Assembly: GCA_030654195.1 (NCBI GenBank)
Contig: JAURXV010000008.1
Span: forward strand, 93-64,092
Origin: Syntrophales bacterium
GTDB taxonomy: Bacteria > Desulfobacterota > Syntrophia > Syntrophales > UBA5619
Direction of reading: 5' to 3'
Length of the DNA: 64,000 nt
The position numbers and the translations under genes are program-made. How positions within the stretch are numbered: the stretch's first letter is position 1; each line of letters opens with the position of its first letter. The notes beneath the pieces are model-generated. The model saw only the letters and a program-made list of their open reading frames with translations, did no database searches and was not told the DNA's origin. Positions 18,876-26,938 of this stretch are shown here, one piece after another.

Positions 18876-20051
18876 ATGGTTGAATCCCGCTACATGACGA
18901 TCAATATGGGGCCGCAGCATCCCGCAACCCACGGCGTACTGAGGCTGCTTTTGGAACTTGACGGGGAGATCATTGTCAAGGCTGAACCGCACATCGGTTA
19001 TCTGCATCGGGGTATCGAAAAATTATCCGAATCCATGACCTATCCCCAGGCCCTCACCCTGACGGACAGGCTTGACTATACCAGCGCCCTCTCCAACAAT
19101 CTTGCCTACTGCCTTGCCGTAGAGAAACTGCTGGATATAAAAATACCGAAGAGGGCCCAATATCTGCGGGTTCTGATGGCCGAGCTCCAGCGGATCGCCG
19201 CCCACCTTCTCTGGGTGGCGACGCATGCCCTCGACCTTGGGGCGATGACGCTGCTCTTCTACGCCTTCCGGGAAAGGGAAACCATTCTGGAGATCCTGGA
19301 ATTGGCGACCGGCGCAAGGCTGACGCCGAGTTTTATCCGGATCGGCGGTCTGGCGAGCGACATTCCCGCCACCTTTCTGCCCCGCGTGAAGGCGTTTGTG
19401 GAGGATTTTCCCAGGCGGGTGGATGATTACGAAACGCTGCTGACGGAAAACATCATCTGGAAGAAAAGAACAACGAACATCGCGCCGATGTCCGCGGAAG
19501 AGTGCATTCAGTACGGCGTCACGGGGCCGGTGCTGAGGGCTTCCGGCGTCTGTTATGACGTCCGAAAGGCCTATCCCTACTCGAGCTACGAAGATTTTGA
19601 TTTTGAAATCCCGCTGGGCAGCCACGGGGATGTCTATGACCGATATCTCGTGAGAATGAAAGAAATGCGGCAGTCAAACCGGATTGTGAAGCAGGCCGCG
19701 GAGAAGCTGCCCGACGGTCCGTTCGCCGCTGTGGACGCCCCGCTGGTTGTGCCGCCGGCGAAGGAAGAGGTGGGCCGGGACATTGCGGCGCTGATACGCC
19801 ATTTCAAGATCATGCAAGAGGGGTTCCGGCCGCCGTGCGGCGAGGTTTACGCCTCCATCGAATCGTCGAAAGGGGAACTCGGTTTTTATCTCATCAGCGA
19901 CGGGACCAACAAGCCCTTCCGGATGAGGATCAGACCGCCCTCCTTCATCAATCTGGCCGCGCTGCCGAAGATGATCGAGGGACAGATGGTCGCCGATGTC
20001 GTCGCCGCCATCGGCAGTATCGACATTGTGTTGGGAGAGATCGACAGATAG
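18876..20051 (+). CDS. nuoD: NADH-quinone oxidoreductase subunit D
   Basis: 391 aa. NMGPQHPATHGVLRL, GYLHRGIEKL and a C-terminal DIVLGEIDR. Confidence 0.95.
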   Translation: MVESRYMTINMGPQHPATHGVLRLLLELDGEIIVKAEPHIGYLHRGIEKLSESMTYPQALTLTDRLDYTSALSNNLAYCLAVEKLLDIKIPKRAQYLRVLMAELQRIAAHLLWVATHALDLGAMTLLFYAFRERETILEILELATGARLTPSFIRIGGLASDIPATFLPRVKAFVEDFPRRVDDYETLLTENIIWKKRTTNIAPMSAEECIQYGVTGPVLRASGVCYDVRKAYPYSSYEDFDFEIPLGSHGDVYDRYLVRMKEMRQSNRIVKQAAEKLPDGPFAAVDAPLVVPPAKEEVGRDIAALIRHFKIMQEGFRPPCGEVYASIESSKGELGFYLISDGTNKPFRMRIRPPSFINLAALPKMIEGQMVADVVAAIGSIDIVLGEIDR

Positions 20052-20058
20052 GTTAATT

Positions 20059-22014
20059 ATGACAGACATCATTTTCAGTTCCTGGCAGAACGAACGGTTT
20101 GACGGCAGGGAGGCCGCGGCGCCGGACAACAGGCCTCCCGTGAATGTGAAGCTGGCCGCCGAGTTCGGCCCCGGTGAGCCGATCAAGGCCCTCATGGGCT
20201 GGGACGGCATCGTGCTTCGCGATGACGACGTCGATATCGTTGACATGTGCGCAAAGTATGCGGAGGCGGTGCAGCAGGAGTCCTGCGGCAAGTGTTTCCC
20301 CTGCCGCGTCGGGACAAGGATCGTCGCTGATTGGCTGAAGAAGATCGCCGCCGGAGAGGGAAAGGAGGCGTACCCGGAGAAAATCAGAGATTTGTCCCTC
20401 TCCATCCGCGACGGATCCAAGTGCTCCATCGGTCAGACGGGGATGAACCCCATCCTCCACGCGCTGCAATATTTCCCGCAGGCCTTTGCCGCAGCGATCA
20501 CGGAGCAGAAAAAGGCCAAAGAGGGCCGCTACCGTTACTCCGTCACCGCCCCCTGCATCAGCGTGTGCCCCAGCAGTCTCGACATCCCCCGCTATGTGGA
20601 AGAAATCAGCGAACAGCGATTCGCCGAATCGCTGGCGACCATCCGACAGGGCGTCTGCATGGCCGGGACACTGGGAAGGGTCTGTATCCGTCCCTGTGAA
20701 TCAAACTGCCGCCGGGCGAATATCGATGAGGCCATTTCCATCAAATGGCTGAAACGGTATGTCGCCGATTATGAAATTGAAAAGAACCGACATCCGGAGA
20801 TCCGAGGCCATCAGCATAAGGATAGCAAGAAGGTGGCGGTCATCGGCGCCGGTCCGGCGGGATTGTCCTGCGCCTACTACCTAAGTCTGATGGGTTATCG
20901 GGTAACCATCTTTGAGAAACTGCCCGAGCCCGGCGGCATGGCCGCCGTGGGCATCCCCGATTACCGCCTGCCGCGGGCGATCATCCGTAGCGAAGTGGAG
21001 ATCGTCAAGAAGGCAGGTGTGGAGATCCGCTATGGCGTCGAGATCGGGAAGGAGATAAAATTCGCCGATATCCGGAAGGATCATGACGCCGTCTTCATCG
21101 GCGTGGGCGCCCAGGGCAGTTCGCCCATGGGGGTGGAGGGTGAAGAGAAGAACTACCGCGGTTTCATCTCCGGCGTCCAGTATCTTCTGGACATCAATCT
21201 GGGAAGAGATCCATACCCGGAAGGGAAAAAAGTGGTGGTCGTCGGCGGCGGCAACGTGGCGATCGACTGCGTGCGCTCCTCCTTCCGCATCGGGAAACCG
21301 GATGTGAACCTCGTCTACCGACGGTCGAAGGCGGAGATGCCCGCCGATCCGGTGGAGATCAAGGATGCCGAGGATGAAAAAGTCAACTTCCACTACCTCT
21401 GCAATCCGACGAAAATACTCGAGAAAAACGGAAAGGTCATCGGAGTGGAATGCCTCCGCATGGAGCTGGGCGAACCGGATCAAAGCGGCAGGAGAAGGCC
21501 CGTCCCCGTGCCCGGTTCGGAATTTATCATTGAAACGGATATCCTCATCCCGGCCATCGGTCAGAAGGTGGATTATTCCTTCCTGGAAGAAACAGACGGC
21601 ATCAAGCTGTCGAAATGGAAAACGGTTGATTCCGACGGAGAAACCTTTGCCACCTCGCAGGCGGGGGTGTTCGCCTCCGGTGACTGCGTTACCGGTCCCG
21701 ATGTGCTGGTCAGGGCAACGGGCAACGGCAAGAGAGCGGCGGAAAAGATCGACCTCTTCCTGACCGGCAACAAGGTGGAAGCCTCGATCGATGAAAAATT
21801 CAGAACCCTTTTTTCCACCCTCGGGGTATACGACAAAAAGGAGCAGCTCGGCGTCATCGGCGGTCTCAAGCGGGCGCACCTGCCGATGCTCGACCCGGAA
21901 GAGCGGAAGCTGACCTTCGAGGAAGTGGAAGCAGGCTTCAGTACCCCGGTGGCGCTCGGCGAGGCCGCACGATGTCTGCGCTGCTACAGGATCGGCATGA
22001 TTGCACTGGGTTGA
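20059..22014 (+). CDS. fusion flavoprotein: NuoF C-terminal 4Fe-4S domain + GltD/NfnB-like NAD(P)H-dependent FAD oxidoreductase (SfrB-like architecture)
   Basis: Frame of ORF 19996..22014, start at ATG 20059 (MTDIIF). NuoF-type ESCGKCFPCRVGT...SKCSIGQ. Then Cys clusters (CISVCPSSLDIP, CIRPCESNC). Then VAVIGAGPAGLSCAYYL...EKLPEPGGM and VVVVGGGNVAIDC dinucleotide folds. No FMN/NADH-binding NuoF N-terminal part. Confidence 0.8.
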   Translation: MTDIIFSSWQNERFDGREAAAPDNRPPVNVKLAAEFGPGEPIKALMGWDGIVLRDDDVDIVDMCAKYAEAVQQESCGKCFPCRVGTRIVADWLKKIAAGEGKEAYPEKIRDLSLSIRDGSKCSIGQTGMNPILHALQYFPQAFAAAITEQKKAKEGRYRYSVTAPCISVCPSSLDIPRYVEEISEQRFAESLATIRQGVCMAGTLGRVCIRPCESNCRRANIDEAISIKWLKRYVADYEIEKNRHPEIRGHQHKDSKKVAVIGAGPAGLSCAYYLSLMGYRVTIFEKLPEPGGMAAVGIPDYRLPRAIIRSEVEIVKKAGVEIRYGVEIGKEIKFADIRKDHDAVFIGVGAQGSSPMGVEGEEKNYRGFISGVQYLLDINLGRDPYPEGKKVVVVGGGNVAIDCVRSSFRIGKPDVNLVYRRSKAEMPADPVEIKDAEDEKVNFHYLCNPTKILEKNGKVIGVECLRMELGEPDQSGRRRPVPVPGSEFIIETDILIPAIGQKVDYSFLEETDGIKLSKWKTVDSDGETFATSQAGVFASGDCVTGPDVLVRATGNGKRAAEKIDLFLTGNKVEASIDEKFRTLFSTLGVYDKKEQLGVIGGLKRAHLPMLDPEERKLTFEEVEAGFSTPVALGEAARCLRCYRIGMIALG

Positions 22015-22024
22015 ACGGTAAGGA

Positions 22025-24571
22025 ATGGACATGATTCGGTTAACCATCGACGGAAAAGAGATCGTCACCCAGCAGGGGAAGACCATCCTCGAGGCGGCCC
22101 GGGAGGGAGGCATCGCCATCCCGACCCTCTGTTACCATGAGCGGCTCTCCCCCATCGCCTCCTGTCGCCTCTGCATCGTGGAGGTGGAAGGCTATGAGCA
22201 GCCGATGACCTCCTGCACCACACCGGCGGTGGAGGGTATTTCCGTAATCACCCGATCGGACCGGCTCTTGAAGATGAGGCGGGAATTCCTGAACCTCATC
22301 CTCACCTCGCATCCGCTGGATTGCCCCCAGTGCGACAAGGGGGGAGAATGTCGGGTCCAGGATCTCGCCTATGAACATGGCATCGAAAAGGTTGAATACG
22401 AGGCTCTTCGAAAAGACCGAAAAGAAGAGTATGCCACGCCGCTGATCCGTTACTGGGAGCTCCGATGCGTCCTCTGCGGGAGATGCGTCCAGGGCTGCCG
22501 GGAGGTGTCGGGAAGAGCGGCCATCGACATCAAGGGCAACGGCTTTGAGGCCCGGATCGCCCCGACGGAGAACGGCGACTGCATCTCCTGCGGCGAGTGT
22601 CTTTCCCTGTGCCCGGTCGGCGCCCTCACGGAAACCCTGAGCCCGGTCAAAGGGAGGGTCTGGCAGAGTGAAAGAACCGATACCACCTGCCCCCATTGCG
22701 GTTTCGGATGCCGGCTGACGCTGAACGTGATTGACGGAAAAATCATCAGCAAGGTGATTAGTGAGACGAACCTTCCGCCCAACAACACCTCCCTGTGCAT
22801 CCGCGGGCGTTTCGGCTATGATTTTACGAACCACGAAGCGAGGTTGACCGAACCCTTTCAACGAATCGATGGTGAGAAAAAGAAACTCGAACGGGAAGAG
22901 GTCCTGAAGATAACGGCGGAGAACCTTCGGCGGCTCTCCGACGAGGGGAAGGGGATCGGGTTTATCGTTTCACCGCGGGCCACCAACGAAGAGATCTTCC
23001 TGATCTCCCGGATTGCGGCGCTCTTCGAGAATGGCCGCGTCGCCTCCTCCGCCTCCTACCATACGGGAAAAGTGGCCGCCGCCTTCCGGCAGATGGGGAT
23101 AAGCCCCGGTTACCGTTACGACACGATTCGCACCTGCAAAACGATCATCGTGGCCGGCGCCGATCTGCTGATCAACAACCACCTGCTGGCCAACAAGGTC
23201 AGGGAGGCCGTCAAATGGAACGGCGCCAGGGTCATCGTCGTTGACCCCCTCCCCAGCGCGCTGGCCGGCATCGCCGACGCCCATTTGAAGATTGCACCCG
23301 GGCAGGATGCCGAGGTTTTCAACGCCCTCTCCCGAAGGTTGCTCTTGGACGACAAGTACGACAAAGAGGCCGAAACCTTTGAGGGTTTTGTTGAATTGAG
23401 GAAGGCCCTTACGGCAGAATACGGGGACAGATTTCAAATCTGTCCCCTGTCCCCCCTGATGTCGACCGGCGTGGAAGCGGAGATGCTGGATAAGGCCTAT
23501 TGTCTGATCCGCGATGAAGGGAATACGGGGGTTATTTTTGCCTCCGGCATCACGAATAGTGGGGAGAGCCTCGCGGCGCTTCTGAATTTCTGCCTGCTGA
23601 AAGGTCTGCACAAACGGGGGCTGATCATGCCGGCCGCCCTCCAGGCCAATGCCTTGGGTGCGGTTTCCATCGTGAAGGATATGGCCCTGCCCGATGAACT
23701 TCTCTGCGATTCCCGCATCTCCGGACTTTTCATCTACGAGGAGGACCCGTTCCATTACCTGAACGGAGAGATGGTCAAAAACGCGCTCGGTCAAAAGGAG
23801 TTCATCGCGGTATGCGATCTGCTGCCGACGGCCGTCATGGATTATGCCCGTCTGGTCTTACCCTCCGCCGGTTTTGCCGAGAAGGAAGGCACCTTCATCT
23901 CCGGCGACGGCCGCGTGAGGGCCGTCAGGAAGGCCTGCCGGGGAACGGCGGCGGGATATGAATTCCTGAATGAACTTTCCGGCCGTCTGGGAGGGAAACG
24001 ATACAACAACCCGGCGGAGATCAAAAGTGAACTCCAACGGCTGGGCATCCTCCAGGAAGAGGGCGACACGGTAGAGGCGCCGGGGATCGGCAAGGCAAGG
24101 TTTGCGGCATTTGGGGACATCTTGCCGCAAGGTGTCCCCCCTAACATCATGATGCCTCATCGTGTCCCCTCCCATGATGCGGCATCGTGTCCCCCAAAGG
24201 ATGCGCATGGAGAGACCGGAAAATACCGGCTGATCCTCCGCGACCTCTTCATGAACCACCACCTCTGCGGGGGACATGATGCCGCATCGTGTCCCCCCGG
24301 GAAAGGTATCGCCCGGGTGCAGAAGGATCTGCTGTTCATGTCACCTGAAGATGCCGCGCTCCTCCATATCGCCACCGGAGAGAGTGTCTGCATCGAAAGC
24401 GCCGACGGCGCCGTGACCAGACCGGTTACGATCAAGGCGGGAATGAAAACGGGCGTTCTGGAGTGCGTTCTCGGGGACACCTTGGGGCAAGGTGTCCCCA
24501 TACGCAGCGAGATGCTTGCGCTTTCGTTGCGGCCGTCCAAGGTGATTGCGGTATCCGTGCGGAAGGTTTAA
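22025..24571 (+). CDS. nuoG: NuoG-like 75-kDa Fe-S subunit (molybdopterin-oxidoreductase fold)
   Basis: 848 aa. 2Fe-2S motif (CYHERLSPIASCRLCIVEV...C), HPLDCPQCDKGGEC, CVLCGRCVQGC, CISCGECLSLCPVGA, then the CPHCGFGC cluster and a MopB-like domain. The C-terminal part contains in-frame palindromic inserts. Confidence 0.85.
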   Translation: MDMIRLTIDGKEIVTQQGKTILEAAREGGIAIPTLCYHERLSPIASCRLCIVEVEGYEQPMTSCTTPAVEGISVITRSDRLLKMRREFLNLILTSHPLDCPQCDKGGECRVQDLAYEHGIEKVEYEALRKDRKEEYATPLIRYWELRCVLCGRCVQGCREVSGRAAIDIKGNGFEARIAPTENGDCISCGECLSLCPVGALTETLSPVKGRVWQSERTDTTCPHCGFGCRLTLNVIDGKIISKVISETNLPPNNTSLCIRGRFGYDFTNHEARLTEPFQRIDGEKKKLEREEVLKITAENLRRLSDEGKGIGFIVSPRATNEEIFLISRIAALFENGRVASSASYHTGKVAAAFRQMGISPGYRYDTIRTCKTIIVAGADLLINNHLLANKVREAVKWNGARVIVVDPLPSALAGIADAHLKIAPGQDAEVFNALSRRLLLDDKYDKEAETFEGFVELRKALTAEYGDRFQICPLSPLMSTGVEAEMLDKAYCLIRDEGNTGVIFASGITNSGESLAALLNFCLLKGLHKRGLIMPAALQANALGAVSIVKDMALPDELLCDSRISGLFIYEEDPFHYLNGEMVKNALGQKEFIAVCDLLPTAVMDYARLVLPSAGFAEKEGTFISGDGRVRAVRKACRGTAAGYEFLNELSGRLGGKRYNNPAEIKSELQRLGILQEEGDTVEAPGIGKARFAAFGDILPQGVPPNIMMPHRVPSHDAASCPPKDAHGETGKYRLILRDLFMNHHLCGGHDAASCPPGKGIARVQKDLLFMSPEDAALLHIATGESVCIESADGAVTRPVTIKAGMKTGVLECVLGDTLGQGVPIRSEMLALSLRPSKVIAVSVRKV
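24113..24139. repeat. 27-nt palindrome GGGGACA-N13-TGTCCCC (type I) inside nuoG
   Basis: GGGGACATCTTGCCGCAAGGTGTCCCC, translated in frame as GDILPQGVP. Confidence 0.8.
24148..24194. repeat. two tandem half-units CATGATGCNNCATCGTGTCCCC (type II halves) inside nuoG
   Basis: 24148-24169 CATGATGCCTCATCGTGTCCCC and 24173-24194 CATGATGCGGCATCGTGTCCCC. Confidence 0.7.
24270..24296. repeat. 27-nt palindrome GGGGACA-N13-TGTCCCC (type II) inside nuoG
   Basis: GGGGACATGATGCCGCATCGTGTCCCC, translated as GHDAASCPP. Confidence 0.8.
24473..24499. repeat. 27-nt palindrome GGGGACA-N13-TGTCCCC (type I) inside nuoG
   Basis: GGGGACACCTTGGGGCAAGGTGTCCCC, translated as GDTLGQGVP. Confidence 0.8.
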
Positions 24572-24598
24572 CTTTAACGGATCGTTTAAGGTTTTGAT

Positions 24599-25585
24599 AT
24601 GGAACTGTACTATTATATCCTGGAAGTGGTCATAAAAAATCTGGTCGTCATTTCGATTCTAATGCTCTTTGTGGCCTATCTCACCCTCGCGGAAAGGAAA
24701 TTCCTGGGCTACCTCCAGGTCCGGCTGGGACCCAACCGGGTGGGGACCTGGGGATTGCTCCAACCCATTGCGGACGGGATAAAATCCTTCGTCAAAGAAG
24801 ACATCATTCCGATCAACGCCGACAAGCCCGTTTATGTGATCGCCCCGATGATCTCCTTTGTCGCCGCCCTTTCCATGTTTGCCGTCATTCCCTTTGGAGA
24901 CAGCGTTACCCTCTTCGGGCGGGAGATCAAACTGGTCATCGCGGATGTGGATATCGGGATCCTCTATATCTTCGCCATGGGAACCTTGGGGGAATACGGC
25001 ATCGTCCTGGGAGGCTGGTCATCGGGCAACAAATACGCCATCCTGGGGGCGCTCCGGGCGGCGGCGCAGATGATAAGTTACGAAGTCGCGCTGGGGCTCA
25101 TCGTGATCGGAACGATTATTCTTTCCGGTTCCCTGCGCCTGACCGAAATCGTGGAAGCCCAGAGAGATGTCTGGTTTATCGTCTATCAACCCTTTGCCTT
25201 TCTTTTGTACATTGTGGCGGCGCTGGCCGAGATCAACCGAACGCCCTTCGACATGCCGGAATCGGAAAGCGAGTTAGCCTGCGGATTCAACATCGAGTAC
25301 AGCAGCATGAAGTTCGCCCTTTTCATGATTGCCGAGTATGCCCATCTGGTCACGGTGGCCGCCCTGACCACGACGTTGTTCCTGGGCGGCTGGCTGGGGC
25401 CGGTTTTACCCGGACCGGTGTGGTTTATCTTGAAAACGTTATTGATCATTTTCATCTTCATCTGGATCAGGGGCACCTACCCGCGGATGCGTTACGACCA
25501 CATCATGAAATTCGGATGGAAGTTCCTCTTTCCGGCGGCGTTAGCCAACGTGGTGATCACCGCCTTTATTGTGGCGCTGAGATAG
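24599..25585 (+). CDS. nuoH: NADH-quinone oxidoreductase subunit H
   Basis: 328 aa polytopic membrane protein. LTLAERKFLGYLQVRLGPNRVG and ALAEINRTPFDMPESESEL motifs. Confidence 0.95.
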   Translation: MELYYYILEVVIKNLVVISILMLFVAYLTLAERKFLGYLQVRLGPNRVGTWGLLQPIADGIKSFVKEDIIPINADKPVYVIAPMISFVAALSMFAVIPFGDSVTLFGREIKLVIADVDIGILYIFAMGTLGEYGIVLGGWSSGNKYAILGALRAAAQMISYEVALGLIVIGTIILSGSLRLTEIVEAQRDVWFIVYQPFAFLLYIVAALAEINRTPFDMPESESELACGFNIEYSSMKFALFMIAEYAHLVTVAALTTTLFLGGWLGPVLPGPVWFILKTLLIIFIFIWIRGTYPRMRYDHIMKFGWKFLFPAALANVVITAFIVALR

Positions 25586-25592
25586 TGAGGCA

Positions 25593-26000
25593 ATGATGAT
25601 ACTCCCTCTGCTGAAAGGGCTTCGACTGACCTTAAAGATGTTTTTTTCCAAACCGGTCACCATACGGTATCCGGAGGAAAAAAGGGCGCTATCGCCCCGC
25701 TGGCGGGGAATGCATTACTTTGAAAAAAATGAGACGGGCGAGACCGCCTGTGTGGCCTGCGGGTTATGCGTTGCCGTGTGTCCTTCGCACTGCATCACGC
25801 TGGAAATCCGGGAGCGTGAAGACGGTTCCCGTTATCCCGGAAGATACGAAATCGAAGCCCTGAGATGCATATTCTGCGGCTTCTGCCAGGAGGCCTGTCC
25901 GGTCAATGCGATCAAATTGGGGCAGAACTACGAGTATGTTCATTACGCAAGGAAAGAGTTCCTGCTGACGAAGGAAAGCCTGCTTTCCGCCAAAGGATGA
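25593..26000 (+). CDS. nuoI: NADH-quinone oxidoreductase subunit I
   Basis: 135 aa with two 4Fe-4S motifs, CVACGLCVAVCP and CIFCGFCQEACP. Confidence 0.95.
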   Translation: MMILPLLKGLRLTLKMFFSKPVTIRYPEEKRALSPRWRGMHYFEKNETGETACVACGLCVAVCPSHCITLEIREREDGSRYPGRYEIEALRCIFCGFCQEACPVNAIKLGQNYEYVHYARKEFLLTKESLLSAKG

Positions 26001-26004
26001 AAAG

Positions 26005-26541
26005 ATGGATGCCATAGGATTCAAGTTCATACTGTTCATGATTACGGCGCTCGTGGTCATCGTCTCTTCCGTACTGATGGCAACCCGGAAAAATCCCATT
26101 CACAGCGCGCTGTGGATGATCGTCACCTTCTTTGCGATGGCCGTTATTTATCTGCTGCTCAATGCCCAGTTCATCGCGGTGGCCCAGGTCATGGTCTATG
26201 CCGGCGCGATCATGATGCTGATCCTCTTTGTCATCATGATGGTCAACATGGACAAGGGGGATGAGAAGAAAACAACCAAAGCACCCTGGTCATTCGGAAA
26301 AAAGATGGCCGCGGCGCTGCTCATGGTCATCCTGCTCGTCGAGTTGCTCTTCGGCGCGCTGTTTTACCGGATGACGGCCAGGGTCGGCGATTATCCGGCC
26401 GATGCGGTCGCCGCCGTGGGGAATGCAAAAACGGTGGGGGCCCTGCTGTACGGCCAGTATCTCTTTCCGTTCGAGGTTGCGTCGATCCTGCTTTTGATCG
26501 GTATTGTGGGGGCCGTCGTCATTGCCAAAAGGAACAAATGA
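26005..26541 (+). CDS. nuoJ: NADH-quinone oxidoreductase subunit J
   Basis: 178 aa hydrophobic protein in the operon position between nuoI and nuoK. AQVMVYAGAIMMLILFVIMM. Confidence 0.85.
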   Translation: MDAIGFKFILFMITALVVIVSSVLMATRKNPIHSALWMIVTFFAMAVIYLLLNAQFIAVAQVMVYAGAIMMLILFVIMMVNMDKGDEKKTTKAPWSFGKKMAAALLMVILLVELLFGALFYRMTARVGDYPADAVAAVGNAKTVGALLYGQYLFPFEVASILLLIGIVGAVVIAKRNK

Positions 26542-26571
26542 CGGCGTGGTCATCATCAACAGGAGAAAGAA

Positions 26572-26883
26572 ATGTTTCAGGAAATCCCTTCCGGTTTGTG
26601 TTTGGTTTTGAGCGGCATCATTTTTTCGATCGGGGCGATCGGTGCGATCACCCGAAGAAATGTGATCGTCATCTTCATGTGCATCGAACTCATGTTAAAC
26701 GCGGTTAATCTGGCATTTATCGCCTCCGGCAACGCATTTTCCTCCATGGACGGAGCGGTGTTCGTTTTTTTCATCATGACCGTCGCCGCCGTGGAGGCCG
26801 CCGTGGGTCTGGCCATCTTTGTGATGGTCTTCCGTCTTCAGGGAACGGTCAACGCCGATGAAGTCAACCTGTTGAAAGGCTGA
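26572..26883 (+). CDS. nuoK: NADH-quinone oxidoreductase subunit K
   Basis: 103 aa with 3 TM segments. CIELMLNAVNLAF...AAVEAAVGLAI. Confidence 0.9.
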   Translation: MFQEIPSGLCLVLSGIIFSIGAIGAITRRNVIVIFMCIELMLNAVNLAFIASGNAFSSMDGAVFVFFIMTVAAVEAAVGLAIFVMVFRLQGTVNADEVNLLKG

Positions 26884-26938
26884 AAAAACAGAATCCAATA
26901 TTCATCGCTTTGTAACGCTTTTTTAAGGAAGTACATTT

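Noticed and set aside
20881-22119. 412-aa minus-strand ORF
   Set aside because: It is antisense to the GltD-like part of the nuo-embedded flavoprotein, which carries clear dinucleotide-binding motifs on the plus strand.
24113-24499. Possibility that the repeated GGGGACA...TGTCCCC units are a CRISPR array
   Set aside because: The units are 27-nt perfect palindromes with irregular spacing (about 10 to 175 nt). They lie inside an intact coding frame, no cas genes are nearby, and one more copy is isolated 10 kb away.
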